From positions 9,411 to 73,410 of IMG/VR virus record IMGVR_UViG_3300026473_000011: 64,000 nucleotides of DNA; one strand, 5' to 3'. Positions within the stretch are counted from its first letter, which is position 1, and the number at the start of each line of letters is the position of its first letter. Shown here one piece after another: positions 1 to 9,728 of the stretch. Source of the stretch: a virus. A program made the position numbers and the translations under genes. A model generated the notes under the pieces. That model was not told the DNA's origin. It did not search any database and saw only the letters and a program-made list of their open reading frames with translations.

Positions 1-766
1 GGCGCGGTTCATTGAGCATGGTCAGATGAGCCAAGGCGCTCTCCCCAGCCCAACGCGCGTCCGTCACTTGCACAATGCGCTTTTCGTAGGTCCACAAGGT
101 TCTGAGAACCGGTGTGCGCAAGTGGGGCTTGGCCCTTTCCCAAAGATCACGGCGGGTACTTTGGAGCTTGAGGTATTTGGCCCGGCCTCGCACTTCCAGT
201 TCAAACAGTTCGAATTGCAACAACTCGCGCACAGCCCGTGTGGCCGTCATCCCGGCATAACCTAGCGCTGCAGCTTCTTCAAACGGATGCCAGGTTTCCG
301 AGACCGGATGGTGATTCAAAAACCAGATCAACAGCGCCTGAGTGGCAGGGCTAAACAGTTCCTGCTCCCTACGAGGTTCAGCGCCAAAGCGCTCGGTCAA
401 AATCAGGCCCAGCTGCGGTGCGAAAAGCTGCCTGTCAGGAACCACAAAGGCCACACCGTGCGCAATCAGTTGCTTGCGCTCACCGGGGGCAATCTCTGGC
501 AATGCGATGATGACTGGCGCATCCAACAACTCACGCAGCAGTTTGGTGTGTTGGCTTATTTGCTGAGCAGCCAGTGGCTGATGCCCTTTGACACAGGCCA
601 GTGTGATCGGTTGTCCCAGCAGCTCGCCGGTCAACACGTCATAGGTTTCTTGAAGGAAATACGTCAGCTCAGCGGTTCTTGCGCTGCTAGCCACGCGCAC
701 GGCTTCCCCTCCGATGACCTGGTTCAAGTACCGGACGGTTTGCTGGAGAAGCGCTTTATCTAACAT
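1..766 (-). CDS. AbiEi-like/MarR-annotated wHTH protein, putative type IV TA antitoxin (partial, runs off the left edge)
   Basis: Not in the ORF track. Manual translation from ATG at 766 gives an open frame MLDKALLQQTVRYLNQ...FVVPDRQLFAPQLG...FSPATQALL...LGYAGMTATRAVREL...AGESALAHLTMLNEPR to the window edge. Confidence 0.65.
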   Translation of the reverse strand, partial: MLDKALLQQTVRYLNQVIGGEAVRVASSARTAELTYFLQETYDVLTGELLGQPITLACVKGHQPLAAQQISQHTKLLRELLDAPVIIALPEIAPGERKQLIAHGVAFVVPDRQLFAPQLGLILTERFGAEPRREQELFSPATQALLIWFLNHHPVSETWHPFEEAAALGYAGMTATRAVRELLQFELFELEVRGRAKYLKLQSTRRDLWERAKPHLRTPVLRTLWTYEKRIVQVTDARWAGESALAHLTMLNEPR

Positions 767-821
767 ACGGACAGAATCTAACATTGTTAATGTTAAAAGT
801 CAAACTCTATGTTAGATTCTG
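758..821. promoter_or_regulatory. Inverted-repeat operator upstream of the AbiEi-like gene
   Basis: CAGAATCTAACAT (772-784) and ATGTTAGATTCTG (809-821) form a perfect 13-bp IR; a further ATCTAACAT copy lies at 758-766 over the start codon. Confidence 0.65.
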
Positions 822-824
822 CTC

Positions 825-1799
825 TCAAAGGCTTGACGGCTCCGCCCAGACCAGCCGATACAGCCCCAGCCTGCGCTGCCGACTGACCAGTTGTTCATAC
901 GCATGCAATGGCCCCTCGTAGGCGGGATCGCCTCGGTTTGCCGCCTTCAGCTTGAACACGTCCATGGGCTTTTCGCTATCGAGTCCTGCCGCTCGCATGA
1001 TGAATTCCGACGATTGAGCCCGATCACGGTGCGCCCACAGGGCTTCAAACACCCGGGTCTGGGCATCGGTCAAACGAATGGGGCCGTGCGGCCAGTCCTC
1101 CAGGTGCACCCAGGCGAAGTCTTCACTGAACGGCCCATGGACAGTCACGCTCGGGATGCCATCTTGCAGGGCATCGGCTTTTTCACCCCGGTCCGGATCG
1201 AGCAATCGCAATGCCAAACCGTGCAAGGCAAACCGGTCCTCGAGCTGCCACCAAGTAGCCATCCCCGCCAGAGGGTCCAATGGTTGTCGCACCAACGGCC
1301 GTGGCGTGATGACCCAGCTTTGGCTGCGTGGCTCAGGTCCATGAAAAATCCGCAGCCCATGACGCTCGACCAGATCGATGCGGCGAGCCAGCACCACCGG
1401 CCGCTTCTTGTACCGACCAATGTCCCACACACCATCGACGATGTGGGCGGTGCTTGCTTGTGGCGAGATGTCCAGTGCGCCACGCAGCTTTCGGATCAGC
1501 CATTCATCGTCCAGGCGCCAATTGCGCTGACTGGCTGGATCCAGGGCAAACGGACCACAGTCCGGGCACTGCACCATGAGCCCATCGTCCGTCCTGAAGA
1601 TCGGTCCACGGTAAAGGCCACAGAAAGCGCAAAGTGCATCCTGGCTGTTGACCACACCGGGTACAACGGCCTTCACCTGTTTGAGAACCTGTAGAGCCGC
1701 AATTTCTTCATCGTGCAGGCTGCTCTCAAAGGATGCACTGCCTCGCACGAACATCAAAGCGGCCAAGCTGATGGCTTGCTGATTGAGGGTCAACTCCAT
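825..1799 (-). CDS. Hypothetical protein with CxxC...CxxC zinc ribbon and possible C-terminal winged helix
   Basis: 324-aa ORF; CAFC...CPDC; 7 bp downstream of the 413-aa gene. Confidence 0.7.
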   Translation of the reverse strand: MELTLNQQAISLAALMFVRGSASFESSLHDEEIAALQVLKQVKAVVPGVVNSQDALCAFCGLYRGPIFRTDDGLMVQCPDCGPFALDPASQRNWRLDDEWLIRKLRGALDISPQASTAHIVDGVWDIGRYKKRPVVLARRIDLVERHGLRIFHGPEPRSQSWVITPRPLVRQPLDPLAGMATWWQLEDRFALHGLALRLLDPDRGEKADALQDGIPSVTVHGPFSEDFAWVHLEDWPHGPIRLTDAQTRVFEALWAHRDRAQSSEFIMRAAGLDSEKPMDVFKLKAANRGDPAYEGPLHAYEQLVSRQRRLGLYRLVWAEPSSL

Positions 1800-1806
1800 T
1801 CACACC

Positions 1807-3048
1807 TCACTCGAACAAGTTGCCGTCCATGGTCGCAGGCTCCTCCTGCTCTCGTGCTGTCTTGAGGACCTGCTGCGCCTTCAAGATGCCCAACTGGACC
1901 AGATAGCCCTCAAGTTGGGAACGCAGCTTCTCATCGAACTTGTGCAGGTTCAGTCGCCCCTTGCTGGTGATCTCCACACTGACCACCTGGCAGCGGCTTT
2001 TACCCCGCATCGGCGCCAGATAGAAGTTGAGAACAGCAGCTTGGATCGTCCAGCCACGAGCGAGCGGATTCTCAGCAACGAAGTAGTCCTGCAGCAGCTC
2101 CGTCACGCAGCGTTGATCGCTGGACGCACTGGCCGTACATTCCATCTTGAGTCGTCCGCATCCACTGACCACGGTCACGCTTTTGACCTGCAATCCGACG
2201 AATCCGTCATCAATCGCCTGCGGAATGTTCAACCCCAAGCGCAACGTGGACAAGTTCAGGCGCGGCGTCTGGATCCGCTGTGCATCGGCATCCACACCAA
2301 GCAGGTGCTTGGCGAAGGCCTCACACAACATGGCGTGGTACTTGGCCCCGCCACGGATGATGGTGCGAGCGACTCCGGTGGCCTGTGCGTATTCCAGCAC
2401 CATGTGGATGTTCGGGCTGCCCACCCTACGCTGCAGCTGACTGCCCTCGAATTCCAGTTTGGCCGTGGCCAGGTCCTTGGCGTGGATGGAGACCAGCTGC
2501 GTACCGCGCGCCCGGTCCAACACATTGACCACGCAAACCTCGCCACAACCCAACTCCCGCTGATAAAAGCCTTTGATGGCATCACCGAATGAAGCGATCG
2601 ACTCCTCGTCACGCTTGATGGTTCCCTTGAGCCCCAGGTCATGCTGCTGAGCTTGTTGACCGTGGTGGTCCAGGTATTCGATCTCGGCCGCCGCCTCAAA
2701 CAGTGCCGGGTGATGGACGTACAGCCAGAAGGCCCGGTGCAGGTCGTTCTTGCAAGCGATGAGTCCCATCAATTCGGTTGGTCGGTCATGCGCAGCCTGA
2801 AACATGGCCTGCTTGCCCAAGGGATGGGCCAGCAGCGTGCTGGCGTGCAGTCCAGCCACGATGCGGTCGCGCATAGCGGCATTCGGATGCAGCTGAATCA
2901 AGCCAACCAGGCTCTTGGAGGCTTGGATCGAGTCATGCCAGATCCACCCCTCGGGCATAGGCAATGTGTGGCGTTCGATGAAGGTTTTGAGGGTGTCGTC
3001 GACAGGCAGGTTCAGCAAGATGTCGGCGTAGGTCTGAGTGCGGCTCAT
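1807..3048 (-). CDS. Hypothetical protein of the serine-recombinase element
   Basis: 413-aa ORF with AGGAG RBS; divergent from the DUF2924/recombinase genes. Confidence 0.75.
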   Translation of the reverse strand: MSRTQTYADILLNLPVDDTLKTFIERHTLPMPEGWIWHDSIQASKSLVGLIQLHPNAAMRDRIVAGLHASTLLAHPLGKQAMFQAAHDRPTELMGLIACKNDLHRAFWLYVHHPALFEAAAEIEYLDHHGQQAQQHDLGLKGTIKRDEESIASFGDAIKGFYQRELGCGEVCVVNVLDRARGTQLVSIHAKDLATAKLEFEGSQLQRRVGSPNIHMVLEYAQATGVARTIIRGGAKYHAMLCEAFAKHLLGVDADAQRIQTPRLNLSTLRLGLNIPQAIDDGFVGLQVKSVTVVSGCGRLKMECTASASSDQRCVTELLQDYFVAENPLARGWTIQAAVLNFYLAPMRGKSRCQVVSVEITSKGRLNLHKFDEKLRSQLEGYLVQLGILKAQQVLKTAREQEEPATMDGNLFE

Positions 3049-3142
3049 TCGTTATCTCCTTTGTTGTTGTTTGTTTTGGCAATGAGGCGTCTCAACCCCC
3101 TAATCTGAAGACCTGGGGCTTGGGATGAGTTTTGCCGGATTG

Positions 3143-3177
3143 CTGGATAAATATACAGCTTTTTACAGCTTTGTCAA
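3143..3177 (-). promoter_or_regulatory. LexA (SOS) box overlapping a leftward sigma-70 promoter
   Basis: CTGGATAAATATACAG (3143-3158) is CTG-N10-CAG; a perfect TTGACA lies on the minus strand at 3172-3177. Confidence 0.65.
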
Positions 3178-3340
3178 AACCGCTTATCCAAGCCGCTTGG
3201 CTGTTGGCCTTGTCTCAAAAAATCCAGGATTTATGCGGATTTCCAGCTCGTGTCCCTCAATGGCCCGCCAAAACACGTTACCTCTGGAGGGGCTCGCTCA
3301 TACGATTTATGGACGGTTTTTTCACCAAATTCCCCCCCCC

Positions 3341-3580
3341 ATGACAGATCACCTGAACCCCTCCACAAGCCACCTCGGCAAACGCTCTGAAAAGAGCGGT
3401 TTTCTCTCCCTGTCGCAGATCAGTGAACTGATGGCGCAAGGCGCTGTCAGTCAACACCAGATGCTGAGTGAAGCCCACAGCAGTCAGGTTTACGCCACTG
3501 ATCTCGATGAGTTCGTGGACTTCCATGCTTGGCAGAGCGTGAATGTGAACCCGTCTACACAACAAGGAGTTCAAGCATGA
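3341..3580 (+). CDS. Small hypothetical protein
   Basis: ATG at 3341; stop overlaps the DUF2924 start (ATGA). Confidence 0.4.
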   Translation: MTDHLNPSTSHLGKRSEKSGFLSLSQISELMAQGAVSQHQMLSEAHSSQVYATDLDEFVDFHAWQSVNVNPSTQQGVQA

Positions 3581-4059
3581 AGCAGCGATCCATCACCCCA
3601 CGCGAACAGCGCAGCCTCGACCAACTCAATGCCATCCAGCGCAAGGTCGCAGCCCTTGACGACTTGAAGATGCCCGAGCTCTGGAAAGTCTGGGATGTGC
3701 ACTTTCCGCGCCGCCCGGTTCACCCCAACCGCAAGTTCTTGACATCTCGTCTGTCTCACCGATTTCAAGAACTGGTCTTTGGCACCCTGCCACAGTCCAC
3801 CCGGGAAAGGCTGGCCGACTATGGCCAGCAACTCTCCAAGATCAAAAGTAAAACCCCACTCAAAGCGGTGGCCATGCCCGGCGCAACACTGGTGCGGGAA
3901 TTCGACGGCAAGGAATACAGGGTTCAAGTGCTGGCCGACGGTCGCTACGAATACAACCGGCAGATTTACGGCAGCTTGTCGGCGATCGCCAAGACCATCA
4001 CCGGCACACAGTGGTCCGGACCTGCCTTTTTCGGCCTCAAAGCCAAGGGGGAAGCATGA
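3577..4059 (+). CDS. DUF2924 domain protein
   Basis: PGATLVREFDG...YGSLSAIAKTITGTQWSGPAFFGL motif; AGGAG RBS; coupled to the recombinase. Confidence 0.9.
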   Translation: MKQRSITPREQRSLDQLNAIQRKVAALDDLKMPELWKVWDVHFPRRPVHPNRKFLTSRLSHRFQELVFGTLPQSTRERLADYGQQLSKIKSKTPLKAVAMPGATLVREFDGKEYRVQVLADGRYEYNRQIYGSLSAIAKTITGTQWSGPAFFGLKAKGEA

Positions 4060-5399
4060 GCATGCTGACGCCCAAACGCTGCGCGGTCTATTGCCGTGTT
4101 TCCTCTGACGAGCGACTGGACCAATCGTTCAACTCCATCGATGCACAACGCGAATCGGGCTTGTCCTATGTCCTCAGTCAGCGAAACGAGGGCTGGGTCC
4201 CTGTGCAAGACACCTACGAGGATCCGGGCTACTCGGGCGGGAACATGGAGCGCCCAGGTCTCAAGCGCTTGATGGCTGACATCAAGGCAGGCAAGGTGGA
4301 CATGGTGGTGGTCTACAAAATCGACCGCCTCTCCCGCTCCCTGGCTGACTTCGCCAAGATGGTCGAAGTTTTTGACAAGCACCAGGTCAGCTTCAGCTCG
4401 GTGACCCAGCAGATCAACTCGGCCACATCAACCGGGCGACTGATGCTCAACATGTTGCTGTCATTTGCTCAGTTCGAACGTGAAGTGACCGGCGAGCGCA
4501 TCCGCGACAAGATTGCCGCCTCCAAGCGCAAGGGGTTGTGGATGGGTGGCGTAGTGCCGCTGGGCTATCGGGTTGAAGACCGTCAACTGCTGATTGATCC
4601 TCAAGAGTCAGAAACCGTGAACTGGATCTTTGACGCATATGTCAGCACAGGCTCCACCACGCTCATGATCCAACAAATGAAGGAACAAAACCGCTTGACG
4701 AAATCAGGTCGGCATTTCTGCAAACAATCACTCCACAAGGTCCTGAAAAACCGGGTGTACCTCGGGATGATTTCGCACAAGGGGCAGTTCTACGCTGGGG
4801 CCCACCAGCCCTTGATTGACCAGGCCAAATGGGACTGCGTGCAAGAGATGATGGCACGCACCAGCGAGGCCAAGAACCAGGCCACCTGGGCAATGAAGGC
4901 GCGCACCGAGTTCCTATTGCGTGGTCTGATTTACAGCTCCGGCGGTGACCTGTACTTGCCAATGGCGACACAAAAAAAGTCAGGCAAGGTCTATCGATAC
5001 TACGTGCACAACAAGAAGATGCACGAAGGTGCCAGCCAGAGCAGCATCCCGAACCAACCGGCTGAACCCCTCGAGCAAGAGGTGACGAAACAGGTGCTTG
5101 ATTTCCTGCGCTCGGGCACGATGCTCACCCAATACTGGCAACGTATCCAGTCCATCAACCCTGGCATTCCAGAACCGCAGGCGGTCGTGCTCATCTTGCA
5201 GCGCACGGCGAAGATTTGGGATAACTACTTTGATCAGGTGAAAAGCCACATCATCCGAAGTCTGGTGGAGCGGGTCACGCTGCATGAGGACGATACGGTT
5301 GAGGTCAGTTGGCGCACGGATAACTGGATACCGCTACTGGAGACCATGAAGCCCAGAACAACGGGTGCAGAGATGTTGGAACTGGAGATGCCCGCATGA
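4056..5399 (+). CDS. Large serine recombinase (integrase)
   Basis: AVYCRVSS catalytic motif, YKIDRLSRS, FAQFERE and a recombinase domain. Confidence 0.95.
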   Translation: MSMLTPKRCAVYCRVSSDERLDQSFNSIDAQRESGLSYVLSQRNEGWVPVQDTYEDPGYSGGNMERPGLKRLMADIKAGKVDMVVVYKIDRLSRSLADFAKMVEVFDKHQVSFSSVTQQINSATSTGRLMLNMLLSFAQFEREVTGERIRDKIAASKRKGLWMGGVVPLGYRVEDRQLLIDPQESETVNWIFDAYVSTGSTTLMIQQMKEQNRLTKSGRHFCKQSLHKVLKNRVYLGMISHKGQFYAGAHQPLIDQAKWDCVQEMMARTSEAKNQATWAMKARTEFLLRGLIYSSGGDLYLPMATQKKSGKVYRYYVHNKKMHEGASQSSIPNQPAEPLEQEVTKQVLDFLRSGTMLTQYWQRIQSINPGIPEPQAVVLILQRTAKIWDNYFDQVKSHIIRSLVERVTLHEDDTVEVSWRTDNWIPLLETMKPRTTGAEMLELEMPA

Positions 5400-5830
5400 T
5401 GGAAACGGCTGCCAGCAAAGTCATGAGCGACGACAACTTTCGAATCACCACGCGCGTCCCATTCAAACTCAAACGCCGACCGGGTATCAAAAAAGTTGTG
5501 ATGGCACCTGAAACGGCCGAAGGTCACTTGAATGGCGAGTGCATGGACAAAAGCAACCAAATTGCCTTGCTCCAAGGGCTCGCTCGAGCACACTACTGGC
5601 AGCGATTATTGGATTCGGGCGAGGTCCGCAGTGGATCAGAAATTGCCAAGCTGGAGGGACTTGACCCGAGCACAGTCAATGAACTGCTGAGGCTGACACT
5701 CTTGGACCCGTCTTTGGTGATGGAAGTCCTCGAAGGGAGGCAGCCTCAAGAGGTCAGCATGATGTGGTTTACACGGAATGCGCTACCCGATTTGTGGCAT
5801 GAACAGTTGAAGCCAAGGCCAACCACCTGA
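5396..5830 (+). CDS. Recombinase-associated HTH accessory protein
   Basis: LARAHYWQRLLDSG...SEIAKLEGLDPSTVNELLRLTLL; ATGA overlap with the recombinase. Confidence 0.8.
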   Translation: MMETAASKVMSDDNFRITTRVPFKLKRRPGIKKVVMAPETAEGHLNGECMDKSNQIALLQGLARAHYWQRLLDSGEVRSGSEIAKLEGLDPSTVNELLRLTLLDPSLVMEVLEGRQPQEVSMMWFTRNALPDLWHEQLKPRPTT

Positions 5831-5996
5831 AAATGTGTCAGCCCTGCGCTGTCTGCCCATCTGACAATTTGGCGATGACTGCCTTCCGGTCAGTTTGATT
5901 GCATCCCTAAGGAACCATTCATGTGTTTGATAAGCATGGAAGAACCATCAATGCGGTTTAAATAGGTCAACTAATCACCACAACTTGGTCGACCCA

Positions 5997-6320
5997 TCAG
6001 ATGCCTTCGAGTTTGCGTAAGAGTGACGGATGTTGACTCCTTGCCTCTTCAACCGCTGCAGATATTGCAGTCAGATTCTCGGATTCGCAAGCCTTCACGA
6101 GCATAAGTATCGTTCCGCGCAGATCATGCACCTCCTCCATCGAAGCCTTCTTTGGCTCAGGAAGGTACTCTCGATTCCAAGAGACGCCGCGCAGTGCCTC
6201 TCGCGCTCGTAGTGAAATCCAATCCAGTCTTTTTGTTTGTTGCCGAGCTGCATTTGCAATCCTCGAAATATGGTCTAGCGCATCGCGCAGGAGAGCAATT
6301 TCTTCATCCGAATTCATCAT
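5997..6320 (-). CDS. Hypothetical protein
   Basis: 107-aa helical ORF with GGAG RBS. Confidence 0.55.
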   Translation of the reverse strand: MMNSDEEIALLRDALDHISRIANAARQQTKRLDWISLRAREALRGVSWNREYLPEPKKASMEEVHDLRGTILMLVKACESENLTAISAAVEEARSQHPSLLRKLEGI

Positions 6321-6402
6321 CTGGATCTCCAGGGGCAGTTTAGCTGAGCTTCAGAGTTCGCCTGAAGGATTGGAGCGCAAATCCTCAAACCAGCCTGCGA
6401 CA

Positions 6403-7326
6403 TCATGGAACGTTCAGTACAAACAAGCCCATCCAACCTTGCGGCACTGACTGCACATCTACCGGATTCATTGCCCCCATGAATGCGCCTGTCCAACCGC
6501 TGAAAACTTGCTTGTACATAAACCCGCGACCATCAAATACTTGATTAGTTGTCAGTGTGAGTGTCGTCGAATAGACGTAGGCATCTTCAATGGCGTCATT
6601 GAAGTACCGCTCGCCATTTCGAGAAGGATCTTCTTTCATTGTTCGCGTGATGAAATTTGCATCGTCGCCAAACTGACCTGGCTTACTCCAGAAAAATTTC
6701 CAATACCCATTTCCATAGCCTACCAAGTAACACCGCGTTGGTTGTGGCAACGGTGCAAACTGAGGAACGACACCAAAATCCGAGATATCAGAAATCTTTG
6801 CTTGCATGTGAATCGCACCCACAAACACCGCACTGATCTCATTTCCATTTTTATGGGTGGCTACTGCTCTGGCTGTGGCTACATCTGCACCTTGAACTGT
6901 TCTGTTCAGGAACTCAAGAAGATCACTACAGAGCTTCTGATCTGGGTTACCTTTCCCAAGATAGATATCAGGCGTGGGGTACGCCCGCTGCCCGCGAAAG
7001 GAAAGCATCTCGAAAACTTGGATGAATTTATCTTGCTCATCCTCATTTTTAAAGACCAATTCAGACACGCCGCCACCTTGGTCAGACCACGTGAAAGCAC
7101 TTGCATTCTGATATTGGGAAATTTTCTGAAATACTTCACTGATAGCGGATGGAAGCGCAAATCGCAATAAATTTGTATCCCCGGACTTGAGGCATTGAAT
7201 TTGCATCAAATCAGCCAGTACTGTGATCAGGAATCCATCATTATTCCTAGAGCTCACTGCCATTTCTTTGGCAGAATTTACTCCAGAGACAAATGTTTGC
7301 TTTGCTTGCTCTCGTTGTCGTTCCAT
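6403..7326 (-). CDS. Hypothetical protein
   Basis: Start chosen at ATG 7326 (GAAGGAG RBS); 307 aa; aromatic, beta-rich C-terminus. Confidence 0.65.
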   Translation of the reverse strand: MERQREQAKQTFVSGVNSAKEMAVSSRNNDGFLITVLADLMQIQCLKSGDTNLLRFALPSAISEVFQKISQYQNASAFTWSDQGGGVSELVFKNEDEQDKFIQVFEMLSFRGQRAYPTPDIYLGKGNPDQKLCSDLLEFLNRTVQGADVATARAVATHKNGNEISAVFVGAIHMQAKISDISDFGVVPQFAPLPQPTRCYLVGYGNGYWKFFWSKPGQFGDDANFITRTMKEDPSRNGERYFNDAIEDAYVYSTTLTLTTNQVFDGRGFMYKQVFSGWTGAFMGAMNPVDVQSVPQGWMGLFVLNVP

Positions 7327-7596
7327 AGTCACTTCTCCTTCATGCCGGGAAAACATCGTTGAAATATCCAAGGCTAGACCATCGGCCAGGGGCTGATTTG
7401 GGGTTTCTTGCCCTTCTTGCGCGCAGCAGAGATTGTCTGGAGCCGGTTCGCTCGGGGTATGGCCTGCCCGTTTCCCAGTGGAACACACTTTGAAATGAAA
7501 AACCGAGCAGCTTGTTGGCCGACAATTCTTTTGAGACGTCCCGAGCATCACCCGATGGGACATTCCACTGAGTGATGTGTGACTTCAGACTTAGGA

Positions 7597-7890
7597 TCAC
7601 CGTCTAGGAGCTGTTTCATCCCGAATTTCAGTGATCTGCACCGATTCGTCGTAATCAAAGTCGTCTGAATTGGCCCCCTCTGTCCAGTACTCCCTTGCGT
7701 CAAATGGAACCCCGTCGAGATAGACATTCATGATGGTGTGTCGATACATACGAGCCGACATTTTTACCTTTTCCATTTGCGTATAGGCATCGTACTCGTC
7801 GTCTGCTTCAACTATGAATTTCCAAGCCTCATTTCGTCCAAGTGGAATGTCGTTGTTGGTTTTATTGTGGATGACGTAACTCAGGATCAT
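7597..7890 (-). CDS. Small acidic hypothetical protein
   Basis: ATG 10 bp after the upstream stop; 97 aa. Confidence 0.55.
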   Translation of the reverse strand: MILSYVIHNKTNNDIPLGRNEAWKFIVEADDEYDAYTQMEKVKMSARMYRHTIMNVYLDGVPFDAREYWTEGANSDDFDYDESVQITEIRDETAPRR

Positions 7891-7900
7891 TTTTAATCTT

Positions 7901-8875
7901 TCATTTGGTTTCGTATATATTTCTGAAGTAACCTTGCCTTGACCACTTACCTGGACTTCCCATTGGGTCCCAGCAGGTTGTCCGAACGCGCGACCCCACA
8001 AGCTCTTTGGCTTTTTTGGTCACTGCCCCATCCCTGTCAAAGGTTGCAGTTTTCATGTGGCGACGAGTTCCATCAGCGAGGACCAGAACCGTGCAAAACG
8101 ACCCTCGAATCATTACGCGCTCATTCACCTCGATCAATGTATCGGGTGCAGAAAGCGTGGCCACACTGCTGTCTTGTTTGGCAGCGGCTACCTCGATTTG
8201 GTACCGCGCTTCACCCTCTTTGATCCGGGCTTCGAGTTGATCGATCTTCGTTTGTTGCTTAGATCGCTCGACTTCCAATCCCTCGACTGCGCTGATGGCT
8301 TCTTTGGCTACCTTTTCCATCCGATCAGCTTTATTGCGGGCCAACTCGGCCTCCTCCCTGGCCATTTCCAAGTTCTTAATAAGTCGAACGGTATCAGCAC
8401 GAGCTTGGGCGGCAACGCTTTCAAAACGCGCAATGTCCTTGCGAGCAATGCTCGAACTCATGTATTTCAAAAGACCGGCCGAGTCAGCCAAACGTCCCTG
8501 CACATAGAGAGGATGCATTTCCAGGAGGTGCTCAACAGTTAGGAACCCATCCTTCCGGAGTGCTGTCATTGTGTTTGATAGACCCCACTCAGTATCCCTG
8601 TTTCCTCTCCAAACGGTAACAAGAACTGGAGTCATGTCTTGTGGGTTATGAGCCAGGACGAAATGTCCTTGATACTCTTCTGAATTTTCATTTCTTGGAT
8701 CTCGAAACTTAGCATCCACATGAAATCGATCGGGGTACCCAGGGTCGCCCCCCAAATCCTTAATGATCTCCAGTTCCAGCGTCTGATTAGCATCAAAATG
8801 CATGCCAAAGCGAAGCGGCAGTGAATCAAAATTTGCGTGACTACTTCTGATCACGCGGACTGTAATGGTGCGCAT
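7901..8875 (-). CDS. Unknown protein with central coiled coil, paralog A
   Basis: 324 aa; shares extended motifs with 11381..12430. Confidence 0.85.
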   Translation of the reverse strand: MRTITVRVIRSSHANFDSLPLRFGMHFDANQTLELEIIKDLGGDPGYPDRFHVDAKFRDPRNENSEEYQGHFVLAHNPQDMTPVLVTVWRGNRDTEWGLSNTMTALRKDGFLTVEHLLEMHPLYVQGRLADSAGLLKYMSSSIARKDIARFESVAAQARADTVRLIKNLEMAREEAELARNKADRMEKVAKEAISAVEGLEVERSKQQTKIDQLEARIKEGEARYQIEVAAAKQDSSVATLSAPDTLIEVNERVMIRGSFCTVLVLADGTRRHMKTATFDRDGAVTKKAKELVGSRVRTTCWDPMGSPGKWSRQGYFRNIYETK

Positions 8876-8917
8876 GTTTTCCTCTTGCCTTTCTATTGAT
8901 TAAGTGCCTCTCACTGC

Positions 8918-9580
8918 TCAATGGGCCTGAGGAGCAGGGACTACGGGTTGCTCGTGATGCCGCCATGCCCTTCCTCTCCAAGCTGGATCTCGCCAGGCAG
9001 CAGGATGCATGCGTTTGATAGTTTGAAGCCCCGGAATCACCTGCTGAATGGCCACTTCAACCAGCGATCGGAGGGGAGGATTGATTTCAAAATCATTGCC
9101 TTTGGTACAGCAATTCATCACCTGGTCACCAGATCTGAACGTGGCTTGGAGCCGATCCTGGAAATTTTCTTTCCCTCCTTGTGCCCAAACAGCTCGAAAG
9201 ATTCGGTCGCGATATACCGCTGTGCTACTGCCCAATGAGCATTGATATTGAATGGCGTTCAGCAGAATCAAGCCATACTCGCCTAACCTTGTTGGGTCAA
9301 ATGCATCCGGCAAGTACTTACGAATCATTTCACCCGTAAACCCTTTCGCGGGGCCGGGTGCATCAACAAACTCGTCGTTATGAGGTGACTCCAGCACAAG
9401 GATTAGGCAAGGACCTACTGCCCTTTGTCCGACTGGGCACCTCAATGGAAACAAAGATTGACCAATGATTTCGGCCAAAGTACCTACGTACTGATCAGGG
9501 CAGGCTCTTTGTTCAAACGGACGGCCTTGCAAAGCCACTGCGCCATCCACGATCCGCTCAAATTCGACAGCTTTTACCAT
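8918..9580 (-). CDS. Putative uracil-DNA-glycosylase-superfamily protein
   Basis: ILVLESPH (motif A-like), LLNAIQ and HPAAW (motif B-like); AGGAG RBS. Confidence 0.55.
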   Translation of the reverse strand: MVKAVEFERIVDGAVALQGRPFEQRACPDQYVGTLAEIIGQSLFPLRCPVGQRAVGPCLILVLESPHNDEFVDAPGPAKGFTGEMIRKYLPDAFDPTRLGEYGLILLNAIQYQCSLGSSTAVYRDRIFRAVWAQGGKENFQDRLQATFRSGDQVMNCCTKGNDFEINPPLRSLVEVAIQQVIPGLQTIKRMHPAAWRDPAWRGRAWRHHEQPVVPAPQAH

Positions 9581-9612
9581 TTCGCACTCCTAAGTCTTGT
9601 TGCTCTAGAAGT

Positions 9613-9726
9613 TGCGAGATCCGTGCCAACGAGGAATTTAAATTAAACCCTTACGAATCAATAGGTTACGAGAGTTTTTCCAGAATTTGAACGTAAATTT
9701 ATTTACTTTAATGTAAATTTTTTATG
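9613..9726 (-). promoter_or_regulatory. Sigma-54 promoter with IHF site and upstream activator palindromes
   Basis: Minus-strand TTGGCACGGATCTCGCA (9613-9629); IHF consensus AATCAATAGGTTA (9656-9668); GTAAATTTATTTAC palindrome (9693-9706) plus a degenerate copy (9713-9726). Confidence 0.8.
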
Positions 9727-9728
9727 AT

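Noticed and set aside
26-763. Plus-strand ORFs 26..265 and 287..763
   Set aside because: Antisense to the more credible minus-strand gene starting at 766.
3332-3340. C9 tract as a phase-variation switch
   Set aside because: Short, immediately upstream of a doubtful small ORF, and no frameshift evident.
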